Source: Candidatus Eiseniibacteriota bacterium | GTDB lineage: Bacteria > Eisenbacteria > RBG-16-71-46 > SZUA-252 | Direction: 5' to 3' | DNA: 64,000 bases | Assembly (NCBI GenBank): GCA_963703225.1 | Contig: OY969801.1 | Location: 1,792,001 to 1,856,000, forward strand | Shown: positions 9,301-20,644 of the stretch, one piece after another | Layout: each line of letters opens with the position of its first letter | Position numbering within the stretch: the stretch's first letter is position 1 | Translations under genes and position numbers: made by a program | Notes under the pieces: model-generated | What the model saw: only the letters and a program-made list of their open reading frames with translations | What the model was told of the DNA's origin: nothing | The model's database searches: none

Positions 9301-10580
9301 CGGGACGCCGGGATGAGAACCGAGCGGGCCCCCTCGACCGCGTCCCCCAAAGTGAGGGACGAAGGGGCGAAGAGCCGGTCGAAGATTCCCTGGGTGATGA
9401 GCGAGCTGTTGCCCGGCCAAGCGTCTCGCGTCGCGCCGACGTAGGCCAGCGTCCCGCCGTTCGGCGAGCGCACCATGCGCTCCGCGACGCAGTCGAAGTC
9501 GACGGCCGCGGAGGCGCAATCGGCGGCGATCCAGAGCGCGGTCGAGAATCCGGAGGGGATCGCGGCGAGGTCGGATGCCGTGATGATCGCGTCCCCAAAT
9601 GAAAGCTGCGTCCGCGAGCCGTGCCCGTAATGGGCGACGACGTGGTATCCCTGGGCGAGCGCGGTCGTGGCGGCCGCCTTTGTAAACGGGAGCGAGCCGG
9701 GCCGCGGAACGTAGTTCTCGTAGAGCCTCTGCGTGGTGACGCATCCCGGGGTCCGCGTGCGAAGCGATTCGGCCGCCTGCGCGCCGTCCTCGTTGATCGG
9801 CTGCCCGGGCTGCCAATCGCTCGGAAAGAGGACCTCCGCCAGCATGAGATTTCGCCCGACGGCGGAGACCGAGGCCCCGGTGACGTAGGAGAGGGCCCGG
9901 TTGACCATGAGCGTCGCCTCGGCCCGCGTCGCCGCCGAGAGGCGTCCCACCGCGATGTCTGGAACCATGTCGAGGCTGTCGGCCACTTCCCCATAGATCC
10001 CGTTGCCATTTCGATCCCAGGTCCCGTCGAGGTCGGCGTAATAGACGTCGCTGGGGATGTCTTCGGAGAGGGGAAGGCTGACACGGGCCAGCCGCATCGG
10101 GATTGCCTCGTGGTCCCCGGCCAGGATGGCCCACCGGATCCCCCAGAGCTCGTAGGCGGAGCGGAGGAAACTCCGGATCGCCTGCGCGAGGTCGTTGGAG
10201 CGCGGATCAAGCGACCGGACGATGGAGAGCCCGCGCACGACGGTGGTTCGGCCGGTGCGCGTCTGATAGTCGGCGAGGCGCTGGTAAACGTCGACCAGCG
10301 AGTCGGGCGCGAGAATGACGCAATCGACCGGGGAGCCGGATGGAGATGGAAGCAGCGAGGGGGTGAACGGCGCGGCTTGGTTGGGGCTCGGGATCGCCCG
10401 CGGGGCCCGTGCCGGGAGCGCATCCGCCACGGTGGCGGAAGCGGCGCAACAGGCCAGCGCGAAGGCCGACGCGTGGGCCGACGTGAAAACCCTCGAAATT
10501 AGATTAGGCCGACGAGTCCAACTTGGGGCGTTCAATAGGATTACCGCGCTGGGGAGAGGCCGCCATCCGGCCGGCACCAC
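6363..10580 (-). CDS. C25 (gingipain-family) cysteine peptidase with FN3-like domain, FG-GAP/VCBS repeats and C-terminal FlgD-Ig/T9SS-like domain
   Basis: ILAGD, SDVYYADLDG, DIAVGRL, HYGHGS and ADCASA (His/Cys dyad); repeats ADLDGDDRPEV, ADLDFDGTPEI, GDIDGDGQLEI, ADLNQDGAREI; QNRPNPFNPAT...WDGRDERG...SGVYIYR C-terminus; start codon uncertain. Confidence 0.85.
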   Translation of the reverse strand: MVPAGWRPLPSAVILLNAPSWTRRPNLISRVFTSAHASAFALACCAASATVADALPARAPRAIPSPNQAAPFTPSLLPSPSGSPVDCVILAPDSLVDVYQRLADYQTRTGRTTVVRGLSIVRSLDPRSNDLAQAIRSFLRSAYELWGIRWAILAGDHEAIPMRLARVSLPLSEDIPSDVYYADLDGTWDRNGNGIYGEVADSLDMVPDIAVGRLSAATRAEATLMVNRALSYVTGASVSAVGRNLMLAEVLFPSDWQPGQPINEDGAQAAESLRTRTPGCVTTQRLYENYVPRPGSLPFTKAAATTALAQGYHVVAHYGHGSRTQLSFGDAIITASDLAAIPSGFSTALWIAADCASAAVDFDCVAERMVRSPNGGTLAYVGATRDAWPGNSSLITQGIFDRLFAPSSLTLGDAVEGARSVLIPASRSESLARWAYFETVLLGVPSMNIWKCAPVSLTVTRPATVPVGAGGFAVSVLRGGAPVESALVVAWKAGEEYRAVRTNALGQAVVPFHPGSTGPFSFAVTADGAAPYLDSLTVTAAAPAVYALLNGSVRDDLGGDADGIVGAGETFGIGGSVRNIGGSAGSGPLTLTLQALTSGVAVDAGSAGLGTLGAGAQAAIPTTLGAHALASPNAARTEKLRIIFSDGVRADSAEVALAVGAAVPLLAGNVFSDAAPGNGNGVLDPGETASLAYTVGNDGGARARNLAAQVLNPAPGVTLLDTNAAAGDVAAGGTGSIPALRFQVAAVPSGRLFDLRLSDAYGHSWTFPIDRSIPASPAPPRVESSGIDRVTIAWDPVVAADLAGYRVYRAPNDASVPQSVTPIPIRRIPTFEDGGLSLLTSYRYQVSCVDSSGNEGARSSILLASTVPPSLLGWPATLGQSTSSSVCLADLDGDDRPEVLVGSDYLYVFRPDGTDWHDGDQSTVTTGIFTTLLHNIASSPAAADLDFDGTPEIIAASWNDSTLAVFKSNGDLMPGWPRKGAAPFWSVPAVGDIDGDGQLEICIGSNTNRLYAWNADGSEVRDGDSNPATNGVYFVPNGTVISSPAIADLNQDGAREIVFGTSAATVYALRNGVPLPGWPFSATGLMSSSPAIGDVIPGGGLEIAIACGNDSVYVLTSSGSRSPGWPRPLELTPGNGRVNSPVLAPLLRHLGDPSLCVIICGADGTLRAFGPSGNTLAGWSAVHLGAATEATPVVADLDGDGSLEVLIGAEDRRLYAFHADGNPVSGFPIETGAEVRGSPAVWDLDQDGATDIVVAGWDRQLRAWRYPGAFNPVGMAWPMFHHDNWHTGLSTFPILTAVDPTPIDPAPSTPPARAWIDQNRPNPFNPATVIGYAVPGTEPMDVRLRVYAVGGRLVRTLVSSRVQPGYHEARWDGRDERGNPTASGVYIYRAEIGAAAFTRKMTLLR

Positions 10581-10586
10581 TGATTA

Positions 10587-10615
10587 ATGATAGCGGATCG
10601 GGGCCCCGAATTCAA
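10587..10615 (-). promoter_or_regulatory. sigma-70 promoter TTGAAT-N17-TATCAT, 6 nt upstream of GTG 10580 (possible leaderless transcript)
   Basis: Minus-strand read TTGAAT tcggggccccgatccgc TATCAT taatca GTG. Confidence 0.5.
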
Positions 10616-12234
10616 TCCCCGCCGACCGCCAGCCGCGGGCGAAGGCGGTCGTAAATATCCCACCGAATCGAATAGAGGGAGTAGACGTACGTCGAGGGTC
10701 TGGTGATTCCCAGGTCGGGGATCGAGCGGGCCATGATGAAGCTGTAGGGATTGGACGGATCTTCGGAGCCGGCAAGACGGTTCACGGTCTGGGCGCGATC
10801 CAAGAGGTACCCGGGCCGCCCCACCTTCTCGAAGAGAAGCTGCTGCACGACCGAATCGTAGCCTGCACGCACCACGATCGGCGCCATCGCGGGCGTCACG
10901 AGCCCGAACAGGTCCAGCACCGGCCGGTCCGAGTAGAAGCCAAAGGCGCCGATGTCGGGCATGGCGAACAGGGTGCCGGGCGGGGTGTTCGCGCGTGCCC
11001 AAAGCCCGAACGCGGCGAGCGAAGATCGTAATCCGGCCGTATGGCGACGCGCGTGCGGGGCGCTGTACCGCAGCGTAAGGGTCGCGTTGCCCGTGGCGTA
11101 AAGGACAAGAAGCGAGAGAAGTGCCGCCATTCCCCTCCGCGCCCCGAGGCTCCTCGTCGCCCACTGGAGGGATGCCACGCCGACCAAGAGAACCGAGGGC
11201 ACCGCGGGGACCAGGTAGCGCGAGACTACCTGCACGCCCCCGGCCGCAAGCCCCGCGGTCAAGACGACCGGCCACCCAAGGACGAGGAGCCAAAACGCGC
11301 GGCGCTCCCGGGGGAGCCCTTTCCAGATCGACGGTCCCGCCAGCGCCACGGTGACCACCAGGACGCCGAGCGGGAGCGCGTCGGCTGAAATGAAGATCCG
11401 GAGCGAGGCGCGGAGCGCCGACAGCATGAGCGGCGGGTCGAACGGCGCGCCCGCTTTGGCCGCGCTCGTATTTGGAAACAGCTGGTGAAACCAAGCCCAG
11501 GCAGCCAGGAGCCAGGGCCCTGCTCCAAGGATCGCGCCCCCGAGGGCCGCGAGGACACGCTTTCCTCGATTGGACCCCGATCCATACGCGATGGCGCCGG
11601 TCGCCAGGATCAGGAGGAGCCAGCACTCCGGACGCGCGAGTGTGGCCAGCCCGAGGAGAAATCCCGCCAGGAAGGTCCCCTTCCGCTCGGTCAGGGAGCG
11701 TGCGACGGCACCGAGTGCCAGCGTGACCAAGAGCGTGGCGAGCGGCGTCTCCATGCCCGAAAGCGCCCATCGCGCGGACCAAGCGTGCGCCGCCAGGAGC
11801 GCGGCCGCGCCCAGCGCGAACGCGGGCCGCCAGCCAAGCGTCCGGCCGAGCCTCGCGACAAATATCACGGAGAACACGAGGCAGACGGTGCCCCACGCCT
11901 TCGCGATCACGGCGAGCGGCGGCATGACGGCAGCATCTGCGGGCGTATCGCCCGAGCCTGGTGTCGCGCGGCCCGCCGCCGTCAGGAGGAAGAGCCACCC
12001 CGGGCTCGTGTCGCCGTAGGTCGAGTTCCCGGGCACGAACGAAAATCCATGGCCCGAGACCAAATTCTTGGCGAATTGGAGATGGATGAACGTGTCGTCG
12101 GTCAGGTAGCCGAGAAACGGAGCGACATGCAGCAGAGCGAGGAAGACGACAAGCAAGAGCGCGAGGCGGTGGTGGGCGCGCCAGCTCCCGATCGACTCGG
12201 TTGGAGCCGCTGCTCCCGGCGGGGGATCGCTCAC
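10612..12234 (-). CDS. Polytopic GT-C-fold membrane glycosyltransferase-like protein
   Basis: YLTDDTFIHLQFAKNL (DD motif after first TM), SGMETPL, LARPE, FPNTSAAK, DIGAFGFY; many TM segments; GTG start 7 nt after the tkt stop. Confidence 0.75.
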   Translation of the reverse strand: MSDPPPGAAAPTESIGSWRAHHRLALLLVVFLALLHVAPFLGYLTDDTFIHLQFAKNLVSGHGFSFVPGNSTYGDTSPGWLFLLTAAGRATPGSGDTPADAAVMPPLAVIAKAWGTVCLVFSVIFVARLGRTLGWRPAFALGAAALLAAHAWSARWALSGMETPLATLLVTLALGAVARSLTERKGTFLAGFLLGLATLARPECWLLLILATGAIAYGSGSNRGKRVLAALGGAILGAGPWLLAAWAWFHQLFPNTSAAKAGAPFDPPLMLSALRASLRIFISADALPLGVLVVTVALAGPSIWKGLPRERRAFWLLVLGWPVVLTAGLAAGGVQVVSRYLVPAVPSVLLVGVASLQWATRSLGARRGMAALLSLLVLYATGNATLTLRYSAPHARRHTAGLRSSLAAFGLWARANTPPGTLFAMPDIGAFGFYSDRPVLDLFGLVTPAMAPIVVRAGYDSVVQQLLFEKVGRPGYLLDRAQTVNRLAGSEDPSNPYSFIMARSIPDLGITRPSTYVYSLYSIRWDIYDRLRPRLAVGGD

Positions 12235-12241
12235 GCAGGGC

Positions 12242-14275
12242 TCACGCCGTCTTGAGCCAGAGCGCCACCCGCGCGGCCACGGCGGGGGCGGTGAATCCCA
12301 GCTTCTCGGCGAGCACCTCGGCCGGCGCGGAAGCTCCAAAGCGGTTCAACCCGATCCGGAGCGCGCCGCTGCCGACGAGCGCGCACCACGGGTCGGTTTG
12401 CGCCGCCTCGATCAGCACGACGCGGACACCGGGGGGTAGTACCTCGCGCCGGTACGATTCCGACTGGGCTTGAAAGCGTTCGACGCACGGCATCGAGACC
12501 ACGCGCGCCGGAATCCCTCGCTCGGCCAATATCGAGGCTGCCTCCTGCGCGAGCGGGACCTCGGATCCGGTCGCGACAAGCACCGCATGCGCCTTCGTCC
12601 CCATCGCCTCGTGGAGCACGTAGCCGCCCTTCCGAATGTTGGCTGCCTCGAGTGGTCCGGCTCGGCGAAGCGGCTTCAGCTTCTGCCGGGTGAGGACGAG
12701 GGCCGTCGGGCCCGCCTCGCGCCGCAACGCCGAGGCCCACGCCGCCGCGGTCTCGGGCCCATCGGCGGGCCGCCACACCTCGAGGTTCGGAATCAGCCGA
12801 AGCGACGGGAGCTGCTCGATCGGCTGATGGGTGGGACCATCTTCCCCCAGAAAAATGCTGTCGTGCGTGAAAACGAACGTGGCGCGGAGCCCCGTGAGCG
12901 CCGCGAGACGGATCGCCGGCCGCATGTAGTCGGAGAAGATCAGGAACGTCGCGCCGTAGGGAAGGAACGCGCCGTGGAGCGCGAGGCCGTTCACGATCGC
13001 TCCCATCGCGTGCTCTCGGACGCCAAAGTGAAGCGTCCGGCCGGCGAAGGATATCGGCGCCCCCGAATCGAGACCGGCCGGGGCGACGCTTCCACCGGCG
13101 ACGATATCGGTCGCGGTGGAAGGGCCGAGGTCGGCCGAGCCCCCCACCAGGCCGGGTACCGCCTCCGCCGCGGCCTGAATCACTCTCCCCGACCACGTCC
13201 GCGTGGCCAGCTCCGTTCCGGGATCGACCGCGGCGTTCAGACGTGCCTCGAGATCGCCGGGCAGGCGGCGGCTCCAGAACTCGTCCCACCGCGACGCCTC
13301 CTCGGGAGCTTCCGAACGCGCGGCGGCAAACCGATGGTCCCACGCGGCGCGCTCGCGTCGCTTCTCGTCGGCCCGCTTCGAGAAATACCCGCGTGCTTCG
13401 TCCGGAATGTGAAACGGGGGCTCGGGCGGCCATCCCGCCGCGGCTTTGGCGCGCGCGAGCTCCTCGGGGCCCAGGGGCTCACCGTGCGCCTTCGCGCTCC
13501 CCTCTTTGGTTGGGGCGCCCTTTCCGATCGTCGTCCTGGCGAGAATGAGCGAGGGACGGTTCGACTCGGCGATGGCGGACTGGAGGGCCCGCTCCACCTG
13601 GACTCGGTCATGGCCGTTGATCCGCTGGGTGTGCCATCCGTAGGCCTGGAAGCGGCGCTCCACGTCCTCGCCCCACGCGAGCGCGGTCGGCCCCTCGATG
13701 GAAACGAGATTGTCGTCGTAGAGATAGATGATCTCCCCCAGGCCCCAGTGGCCCGCGAGGGAGGCCGCCTCCGACGCCACCCCTTCCATCAGATCGCCGT
13801 CGCTCACGATGCCGAACACCCTTCCCTCGAGCAGCTGGCCCAACCGCGGGAAGCGCGCCCGCGCCATCCGCTGGCCAAGCGCCATGCCCACGCCGTTTCC
13901 AAACCCTTGCCCCAGCGGCCCGGTGGTGGCTTCGACGCCAGGCGTCTCCCCCCGCTCCGGATGTCCCGGCGTCCTGGAGCCCCACTGCCGGAAGCTCCGG
14001 ATCTCCTCGAGGGAGAGATCGAACCCGAACAGATGGAGCAGCGAGTAGAGGAGCATTGACGCGTGGCCGGCGGAGAGGACGAAGCGATCGCGGTTGACCC
14101 ACGCCGGATCGCCGGGGTCGAAGCGGAGAAATGTCGACCACAGCACGAACGCCATGTCGGCCGCGCCCATCGGCGCGCCCGGGTGGCCCGACTTGGCCCG
14201 CTCGACAGCGTCGGCCGACAGGAACTTGATCGTCTGGACGCAGAGCTGCTCGAGGTCGGTCGAGATGGCCGGCAT
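12242..14275 (-). CDS. tkt: Transketolase
   Basis: [24 protein letters not shown]-like [11 protein letters not shown] motif, [21 protein letters not shown] before ATG 14275. Confidence 0.96.
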   Translation of the reverse strand: MPAISTDLEQLCVQTIKFLSADAVERAKSGHPGAPMGAADMAFVLWSTFLRFDPGDPAWVNRDRFVLSAGHASMLLYSLLHLFGFDLSLEEIRSFRQWGSRTPGHPERGETPGVEATTGPLGQGFGNGVGMALGQRMARARFPRLGQLLEGRVFGIVSDGDLMEGVASEAASLAGHWGLGEIIYLYDDNLVSIEGPTALAWGEDVERRFQAYGWHTQRINGHDRVQVERALQSAIAESNRPSLILARTTIGKGAPTKEGSAKAHGEPLGPEELARAKAAAGWPPEPPFHIPDEARGYFSKRADEKRRERAAWDHRFAAARSEAPEEASRWDEFWSRRLPGDLEARLNAAVDPGTELATRTWSGRVIQAAAEAVPGLVGGSADLGPSTATDIVAGGSVAPAGLDSGAPISFAGRTLHFGVREHAMGAIVNGLALHGAFLPYGATFLIFSDYMRPAIRLAALTGLRATFVFTHDSIFLGEDGPTHQPIEQLPSLRLIPNLEVWRPADGPETAAAWASALRREAGPTALVLTRQKLKPLRRAGPLEAANIRKGGYVLHEAMGTKAHAVLVATGSEVPLAQEAASILAERGIPARVVSMPCVERFQAQSESYRREVLPPGVRVVLIEAAQTDPWCALVGSGALRIGLNRFGASAPAEVLAEKLGFTAPAVAARVALWLKTA

Positions 14276-14380
14276 GGCTCCTTTGTGTGGACGGTCGAGC
14301 GAGGACCAGGAGACGGAACGCGCTCCACGGTGTATCATATTCCGATTCTCAAATCACCCCATGGACTCGGGAGATCGTGA

Positions 14381-15858
14381 ATGCCCTCGGGACGACCCCC
14401 TCTTTTCTCCGGCCGCTTCATCGTCGCATTGTTCTTCGCTTCCCTCCTTCCTCTGTCCGGGTGCGCCACCAATCCGGCCACGGGGAAGAAGCAGATCTCG
14501 TTCGTCTCCCGCAACAAGGAGCTGGAGATGGGTCGTCAGTCCGACCCGGCGATCATCGCCGAGTACGGGCTCTACGGCGACTCCACTGTCGCGAAGTACG
14601 TCCAGTCGGTCGGCCTCAGGGTCGCAAAGGCATCCGATCTACCCGACCTGGATTGGCACTTCCGCCTCCTCGATTCGCCGGTGGTCAACGCCTTCGCGCA
14701 TCCCGGGTGGTTACATCTACATCACGCGCGGGATCCTCGCCTACATGAACTCGGAGGCGCAGCTCGCCGGCGTATTAGGCCACGAAATCGGCCACGTCAC
14801 CGCGCGGCACACCGCCCAGCAGATGACCCAGCAGCAGATCGCGCAGGTCGGCCTCATCGCGGGCACGGTCTTCGTCGAGCAATTCCGCCCCTACAGCGCC
14901 GTCGCCGCGCAGGGATTGGGAATGCTGTTCCTGAAATACAGCCGCGACCACGAGACCCAGGCGGACGAGCTGGGCATCAAGTACTCGCTGCGGGCCGGCT
15001 ACGACCCCCGGGAGATTCCCGCCACCTACGCGACGCTCAAGCGGATCGGAGAACGGCAGGGGCAGTCGATCCCGAGCTTTCTCTCGACGCACCCCGATCC
15101 CGGCGACCGGGAAATCCGCACCCGTCAGCTCGCGCTCGCCTCGGTCTCCTCGACGCGGGGCGACCTGCTCATCCGCGCGGCGGAATACCGACAGCAGATC
15201 GAGGGACTCGTCTTCGGCGACGATCCGCCGCGCCGGCTACTTCGAGGCGAACCGCTTCTACCATCCGGGGCTGGCGTTTCAGATCATCCTCCCAAGCGGG
15301 TGGACCTATCAGAACATGCCGTCGGCGCTCCTCGCGGCCAGCGAGGAGCTGGGCGCGTCGATGCAGATCACCTTGGGGTCGACCCGCGACTCCACGGTGA
15401 CCCCCGCCGAGTACGTCGATTCGCTCACGGCGCACCATACGATCACCGGGGCGACCGGACGCTCGGAGCAATTCCGCGACTTCCCGGCCTGGATCGGAAC
15501 CGTCACGCTCCAATCGGAGGAAGGCGAGGGGATCATGGCCGCCGGATTCGTTCGGATCCATCCGGGGCAATTTCTGGAGATCTTGGGCCAGTCCAAGGGA
15601 ACGGTGGGGATCGATCAGGTCTACCAATCGATCCGGAGCATCGCAGCGCTACGCGATCCCGCCAAATTGAAGGTGGGCGCCGACGTCCTCACGATCGCTC
15701 CGGCCAAGCGGACCGCGGAGTTCTCGGCCATCTGGACCGATTTCGGCAGTCTCGCGATCGGCGTGGAAGACGGGGCGATCCTGAACAGCACGCGCGGGAC
15801 GGCACAGATCCAGAGCGGAACCCCGCTGAAGATCGTGAAGAAGGGCATGGGATTCTAG
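14381..15858 (+). CDS. M48 family zinc metalloprotease lipoprotein (BepA/YfgC-like), split by two +1 frameshifts (~14699, ~15228)
   Basis: Lipobox LSGC-ATNPATG; NAFA..PGGYIYITRG; HEIGH; FLSTHP; the three pieces lie in three successive frames. Confidence 0.85.
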
Positions 15859-16481
15859 AAACGAAGCGCGCCCCATCCCAGAGCAGCTCCCGCCGCCACG
15901 ACAGCGTCTTTCGGCAGTCGGCCGAGGATCACGGCCACCCAGAAGCGCTTCCACTCCATCCCGACGATGCCCGCCACAAAGCAGAGGGAGTCCGCGGGAG
16001 AGAAGGGAATGAGAAAGAGCGGGATGAGCGCCACCCAGCGCCTTCCCCCGATCAGCCGGTGCGCCTTCTCGAGCGGAGCCTCTCCGATGAGCCGCTTCGC
16101 GATCGACCGTCCCCCGCTCCGGCCAATCCAGTAGGCCCCCACCGAGCCGACGCAAGACCCTGCCATGGTGATGAGGGAGCCCCAAAACGGGCCGTAGAGC
16201 AGCCCGGCCAGGATCGGAACGAAGATTCCCGGAATCGGTGCGGCCAGAATCTGCCCAGCCTGGAGACCCAGGAGCACGATCGGCCCCCACGGACCGGCGC
16301 CGCGGACCAAGCTCTCGATGCGCTCGCGGGTGAAGTGCGGCGCCAGCGCGAACCCCGCCCAGGCGAGGGCGGCCACCACGAGAATGCCGAGCGCGATCCC
16401 GCCAAGAATCCGTCGTTTGGAAGGAGGCGTGCTGGGCGGCGTCGCACTGGGATCAGCCTCGGAGCGTTCACCAGGGTGCAT
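15855..16481 (-). CDS. TVP38/TMEM64 (DedA/VTT) family membrane protein
   Basis: APIPG...[13 protein letters not shown]...[19 protein letters not shown] motifs. Confidence 0.85.
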   Translation of the reverse strand: MHPGERSEADPSATPPSTPPSKRRILGGIALGILVVAALAWAGFALAPHFTRERIESLVRGAGPWGPIVLLGLQAGQILAAPIPGIFVPILAGLLYGPFWGSLITMAGSCVGSVGAYWIGRSGGRSIAKRLIGEAPLEKAHRLIGGRRWVALIPLFLIPFSPADSLCFVAGIVGMEWKRFWVAVILGRLPKDAVVAAGAALGWGALRF

Positions 16482-16573
16482 GGGCGCGCACTCTACGGGA
16501 GCGGCCCGACTGTCGAAAGCCGGATTTTCGTCTGCGTTTCCACAAACGCGCCGTCTCGTCTATTCTCTGGGAG

Positions 16574-19340
16574 ATGAACGACCCCTTTGGCGCCCTCTCC
16601 ACCCTCTCGGTCGGGAGCGGCTCCTACCAGATCCACCGGCTTGGCGCGCTCGCGCGCCACGGCCTTCCGATCGAACGCCTCCCCTACTCGCTCAAGGTTC
16701 TTCTCGAAAATCTGCTCCGGACGACCGACGGACAATCGGTCCGTCGTGAGGATGTCGAGGCGGTCGCCCGGTGGAATCCGACCGCGGAGCCCGATCGGGA
16801 GATCTCGTTCACCCCGAGCCGCGTCCTCCTTCAGGACTTCACCGGCGTGCCGGCGGTCGTTGACCTCGCCGCGATGCGGGACGCGATGGCGACTCTTGGT
16901 GGAGACCCCTCCAAGATCAATCCGCTCCAGCCCGCGGAGCTGGTGATCGACCACTCGGTCCAGGTCGACGAGTACGGATCGAGCGCCGCGCTCTTGTTGA
17001 ACTCGAAGAAGGAATTCGAGCGAAACCGCGAGCGATACCTCTTCCTCCGCTGGGGGCAGCGCGCCTTCCGAAATTTCCGCGTCGTCCCGCCGGCCACCGG
17101 GATCGTCCACCAGGTGAACCTCGAGTTCCTCGCTCGCGTGGTCTTCACCACCTCGGGCTCCCCCGCCCTCGCCTACCCCGACACCCTCATCGGGACCGAC
17201 TCCCACACCACGATGATCAATGGGCTCGGGGTGTTGGGCTGGGGGGTGGGAGGGATCGAGGCGGAGGCCGCGATGCTCGGCCAGCCGGTGTCGATGCTCC
17301 TGCCGCGGGTGGTCGGGTTCAAGCTGAGCGGATCGCTTCCGGAGGGCGCGACAGCGACCGACTTGGTTCTGACCGTCACCGAGATGCTCCGCAAGAAGGG
17401 CGTGGTCGGCTCGTTTGTCGAATTTTACGGCCCGGGGCTCGCCGCGCTCCCGGTGGCCGACCGCGCGACCATCGCCAACATGGCGCCCGAATACGGCGCC
17501 ACCTGCGGCATGTTCCCGATCGATTCCGAGACGCTTCGCTACCTCGCCTTCACGGGACGCTCGCAGAATCACGTGCGGCTGGTCGAGGCGTACGCCAGGG
17601 AGCAGGGTCTGTTCCACGGACCCGATTCCCCCGAATCGGAATACTCGGACCATCTCTCGCTCGACCTGGGGCGGGTGGAGCCAAGCCTGGCCGGTCCGCG
17701 CAGACCGCAAGATCGGGTCCCGCTCCGCGACGTGAAGCGCAATTTCGCCGCCGCGCTCCCCACGTTGAAGGTCGCTCGCAAGACGGGGACGGCGCCGGAC
17801 GGCGTCGGCCGGTGGGAAGGTGAGGGCGGAGACGGAAATGTCGCGACGATGGCGCCCGCGTCCAAGGTCACCATGGCCGGGGAGACCTTCCCGCTCTCCG
17901 ACGGGGCCGTGGTCATCGCGGCGATCACCAGCTGCACGAACACGTCGAATCCATCCGTCATGGTCGGCGCGGGGCTCTTGGCCAAGCGCGCGATCGAGCG
18001 GGGCCTCAAGACCAAGCCGTGGGTCAAGACGAGCCTCGCGCCGGGCTCCAAGGTCGTCACCGAATACTTGGGCAAGGCGGGGCTCACGCCATTCCTGGAA
18101 CAGCTCGGTTTCTATACGGTGGGGTACGGCTGCACGACCTGCATCGGGAACAGCGGTCCCCTCCCCGAACCGATCTCCCGCGCGGTGGAGGCGAACAGCC
18201 TGGTGGTGGCGGCCGTGCTGAGCGGAAACAGAAACTTCGAGGGGCGGATCCATCCGGAGGTGCGGGCGAACTACCTCGCCTCGCCCCCTCTGGTCGTCGC
18301 CTACGCGCTCGCCGGGCGCGTCGACATCGACCTCAACTCGGAGCCGATTGGGAATGATCCGAAGGGGGCTCCGGTCTTCCTTCGCGACCTTTGGCCATCC
18401 CAACGAGAGATCCACGACACGATCGGTTCCGCCGTTCAATCGGAGACGTTTCAGAGGACCTACAAGGATGTCTACACCGGCGACGAGACATGGCGGACGC
18501 TGCCCATCCCGGAGGGGGACCGCTACGCCTGGGAGCCAAAATCAACCTACGTCAAGCTCCCGCCCTATTTCGAGGGCATGCCGCTCCAGCCCGCTCCGCT
18601 CACCGACGTCTTGGGGGCGCGGATCCTGGCGTTCCTCGGTGACAGCGTCACCACCGACCATATCTCTCCGGCCGGCTCGATCAAGCGGGGGAGCCCCGCC
18701 GGACGCTACCTGGAAGAGCACGGTGTCCCGCCGCTCGAATTCAACTCGTACGGCTCGCGGCGAGGAAACCACGAGGTCATGGTCCGCGGCACGTTCGCGA
18801 ACGTGCGGATACGGAACCGGCTCGTGCCCGAGGTCGAGGGCGGGTTCACGGCCCACCTCCCGAGCGGCGAGCAGATGACGATCTACGACGCCGCCAGGCG
18901 CTATGCCTCCGAGGGGGTCCCCACGATCGTCCTCGCGGGCAAGGAATACGGATCCGGCTCCTCCCGCGATTGGGCGGCGAAGGGTCCCAAGCTCCTCGGA
19001 GTCCGCGCGGTGATCGCCCAGAGCTACGAGCGAATCCACCGGAGCAATCTCATCGGGATGGGAATCCTGCCGCTCCAATTCTCCGCCGGCGAGGGCGCCG
19101 AATCGCTCGGGCTGACAGGACGGGAGCGGTACGACGTCGCCGGACATCTCGGATCTTCTCCAACGAGGGATCTCACGCGGCTCCACGATCGAGGTGCGCA
19201 TCGGCGACGATGCCTCGGCGGCGCCCCGCACCATTCAGGTCCTGGTGCGGATCGACACACCGCAAGAAGCCCGCTACTACGAGCATGGGGGGATTCTCCC
19301 CTACGTGCTCCGCAAGCTCCTCGGCGCGGCCGGGCGTTGA
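16574..19340 (+). CDS. acnA: Aconitate hydratase AcnA; +1 frameshift near 19144, true C-terminus [25 protein letters not shown] ends at TGA 19340
   Basis: [54 protein letters not shown]; conserved C-terminus found in the shifted frame. Confidence 0.95.
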
Positions 19341-19393
19341 GCGACCGCGACACGGATTTCGCGGCTCACGTCCCGGTGTTTTCGGGTCGTTAG

Positions 19394-20644
19394 ATGCAAT
19401 TCGATTCCTCGGTAGTCCTCCGTATCGTGGTCGCGGCCATCTGCGGCGCGGCGGTCGGCGTGGAGCGGCAATGGTCGGGCCACGCGACGGGCCCCACCGC
19501 GCGACTCGGCGGCGTGCGCACCTTCACGCTCCTCGGCGCGCTGGCCGGACTCGCCGGATGGACCTGGACGCTCGGCGCGACCGCGCTCGCCGTCGTCCTC
19601 TTGGCCGGCGGCGTGGCGCTGGTGGTCGCCGCCTATCTCGCGGTGAGCCACCGCGACGTCGACGCGACCACCGAGGTGGCGGCCCTGGTCACGCTCTCCG
19701 CCGGCACCCTCGCGGGGCTCGGCTTCCTCGCGCTTGCGAGCGGCGTGATCGCGGTGACCTCACTCCTTCTCGTCGAGAAGTCGCGGCTCCACTCGGCGGT
19801 CTCCCGCCTCGACGACGCGGAGATCCGCGCGGGAGCCCGCTTCGCGGTCATGGCGGTCGTGATCCTTCCGCTCTTGCCCCAGGGCCCTTACGGTCCCTGG
19901 GGCTTGTTTCGCCCACGCGAGCTCTGGCTTCTGGTCCTGCTCTTTTCGGGGATCAGCTTCGCCGGGTTTATCGCGCGGCGCGCGGCCGGCGTGCGGCATG
20001 GGTACCTCTTGGCGGGACTCCTCGGCGGGCTCATCTCCTCCACCAGCGTTACCTTCGCCTTCTCTCGGGCCAGCGCGCATCGGCCGGAGGTGGCACGGCC
20101 TCTGGCGTTCGGCATTCTCGCCGCGTGCACGATGATGTTCCTGCGCATCCTCGTGGCTACCGCGGTCTTGAATCAAGCGCTCATGACCGCGCTGCTCCCC
20201 TATGCCGCGGCGCCGTTTCTGATCGGCCTTGGCATCACCGTCGCGGGTTGGCGGCGGCCCCAACCGGGAACCGACCACGTCGCCGAGCCCGACAATCCGC
20301 TCGAGCTCCGCGCGGCCCTTCAGATGGCGGTGCTCTTTCAGGTCGTCCTGGTGGGGGTGCATGTGGCGAAGATTCAGTGGGGGAACTTGGGCCTCGTCGT
20401 TTCGGGCGCGATCCTCGGCCTCACCGATATGGACGCATTGACGATCTCGATGGCCAAGAGCGCCTCCGAGCCCGCGGTGGCGGCGGCGGCGGCGCAGGCG
20501 ATCGCCATCGGCATTCTCTCGAACACGGTGTTCAAGGTGGGTGTCGCGTCGCTGCTGGGCCGCGGAGCGGTCCGGGTGCTCGTGCCCGCGGGGCTCGCGC
20601 TCATGGCCGTCGCCTTGGGAATCTCGATCTACTTGCTCTTGTAG
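19394..20644 (+). CDS. MgtC/SapB family membrane protein with DUF4010 domain
   Basis: GVERQ..GGVRTF, DATTEVAA, GGLISSTSVT, GLTDMDA motifs; multi-TM. Confidence 0.85.
   Translation: MQFDSSVVLRIVVAAICGAAVGVERQWSGHATGPTARLGGVRTFTLLGALAGLAGWTWTLGATALAVVLLAGGVALVVAAYLAVSHRDVDATTEVAALVTLSAGTLAGLGFLALASGVIAVTSLLLVEKSRLHSAVSRLDDAEIRAGARFAVMAVVILPLLPQGPYGPWGLFRPRELWLLVLLFSGISFAGFIARRAAGVRHGYLLAGLLGGLISSTSVTFAFSRASAHRPEVARPLAFGILAACTMMFLRILVATAVLNQALMTALLPYAAAPFLIGLGITVAGWRRPQPGTDHVAEPDNPLELRAALQMAVLFQVVLVGVHVAKIQWGNLGLVVSGAILGLTDMDALTISMAKSASEPAVAAAAAQAIAIGILSNTVFKVGVASLLGRGAVRVLVPAGLALMAVALGISIYLLL

Noticed and set aside
14094..16577. 827-aa ORF as a single large gene
   Set aside because: Only ~14700-15228 is meaningful (middle of the frameshifted M48 protease); the rest overlaps other genes
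19337..19393. Short peptide ([17 protein letters not shown]) ending right at the MgtC-like start as a leader peptide
   Set aside because: It is the tail of the frameshifted acnA reading frame, with no RBS or regulatory codon pattern to support it
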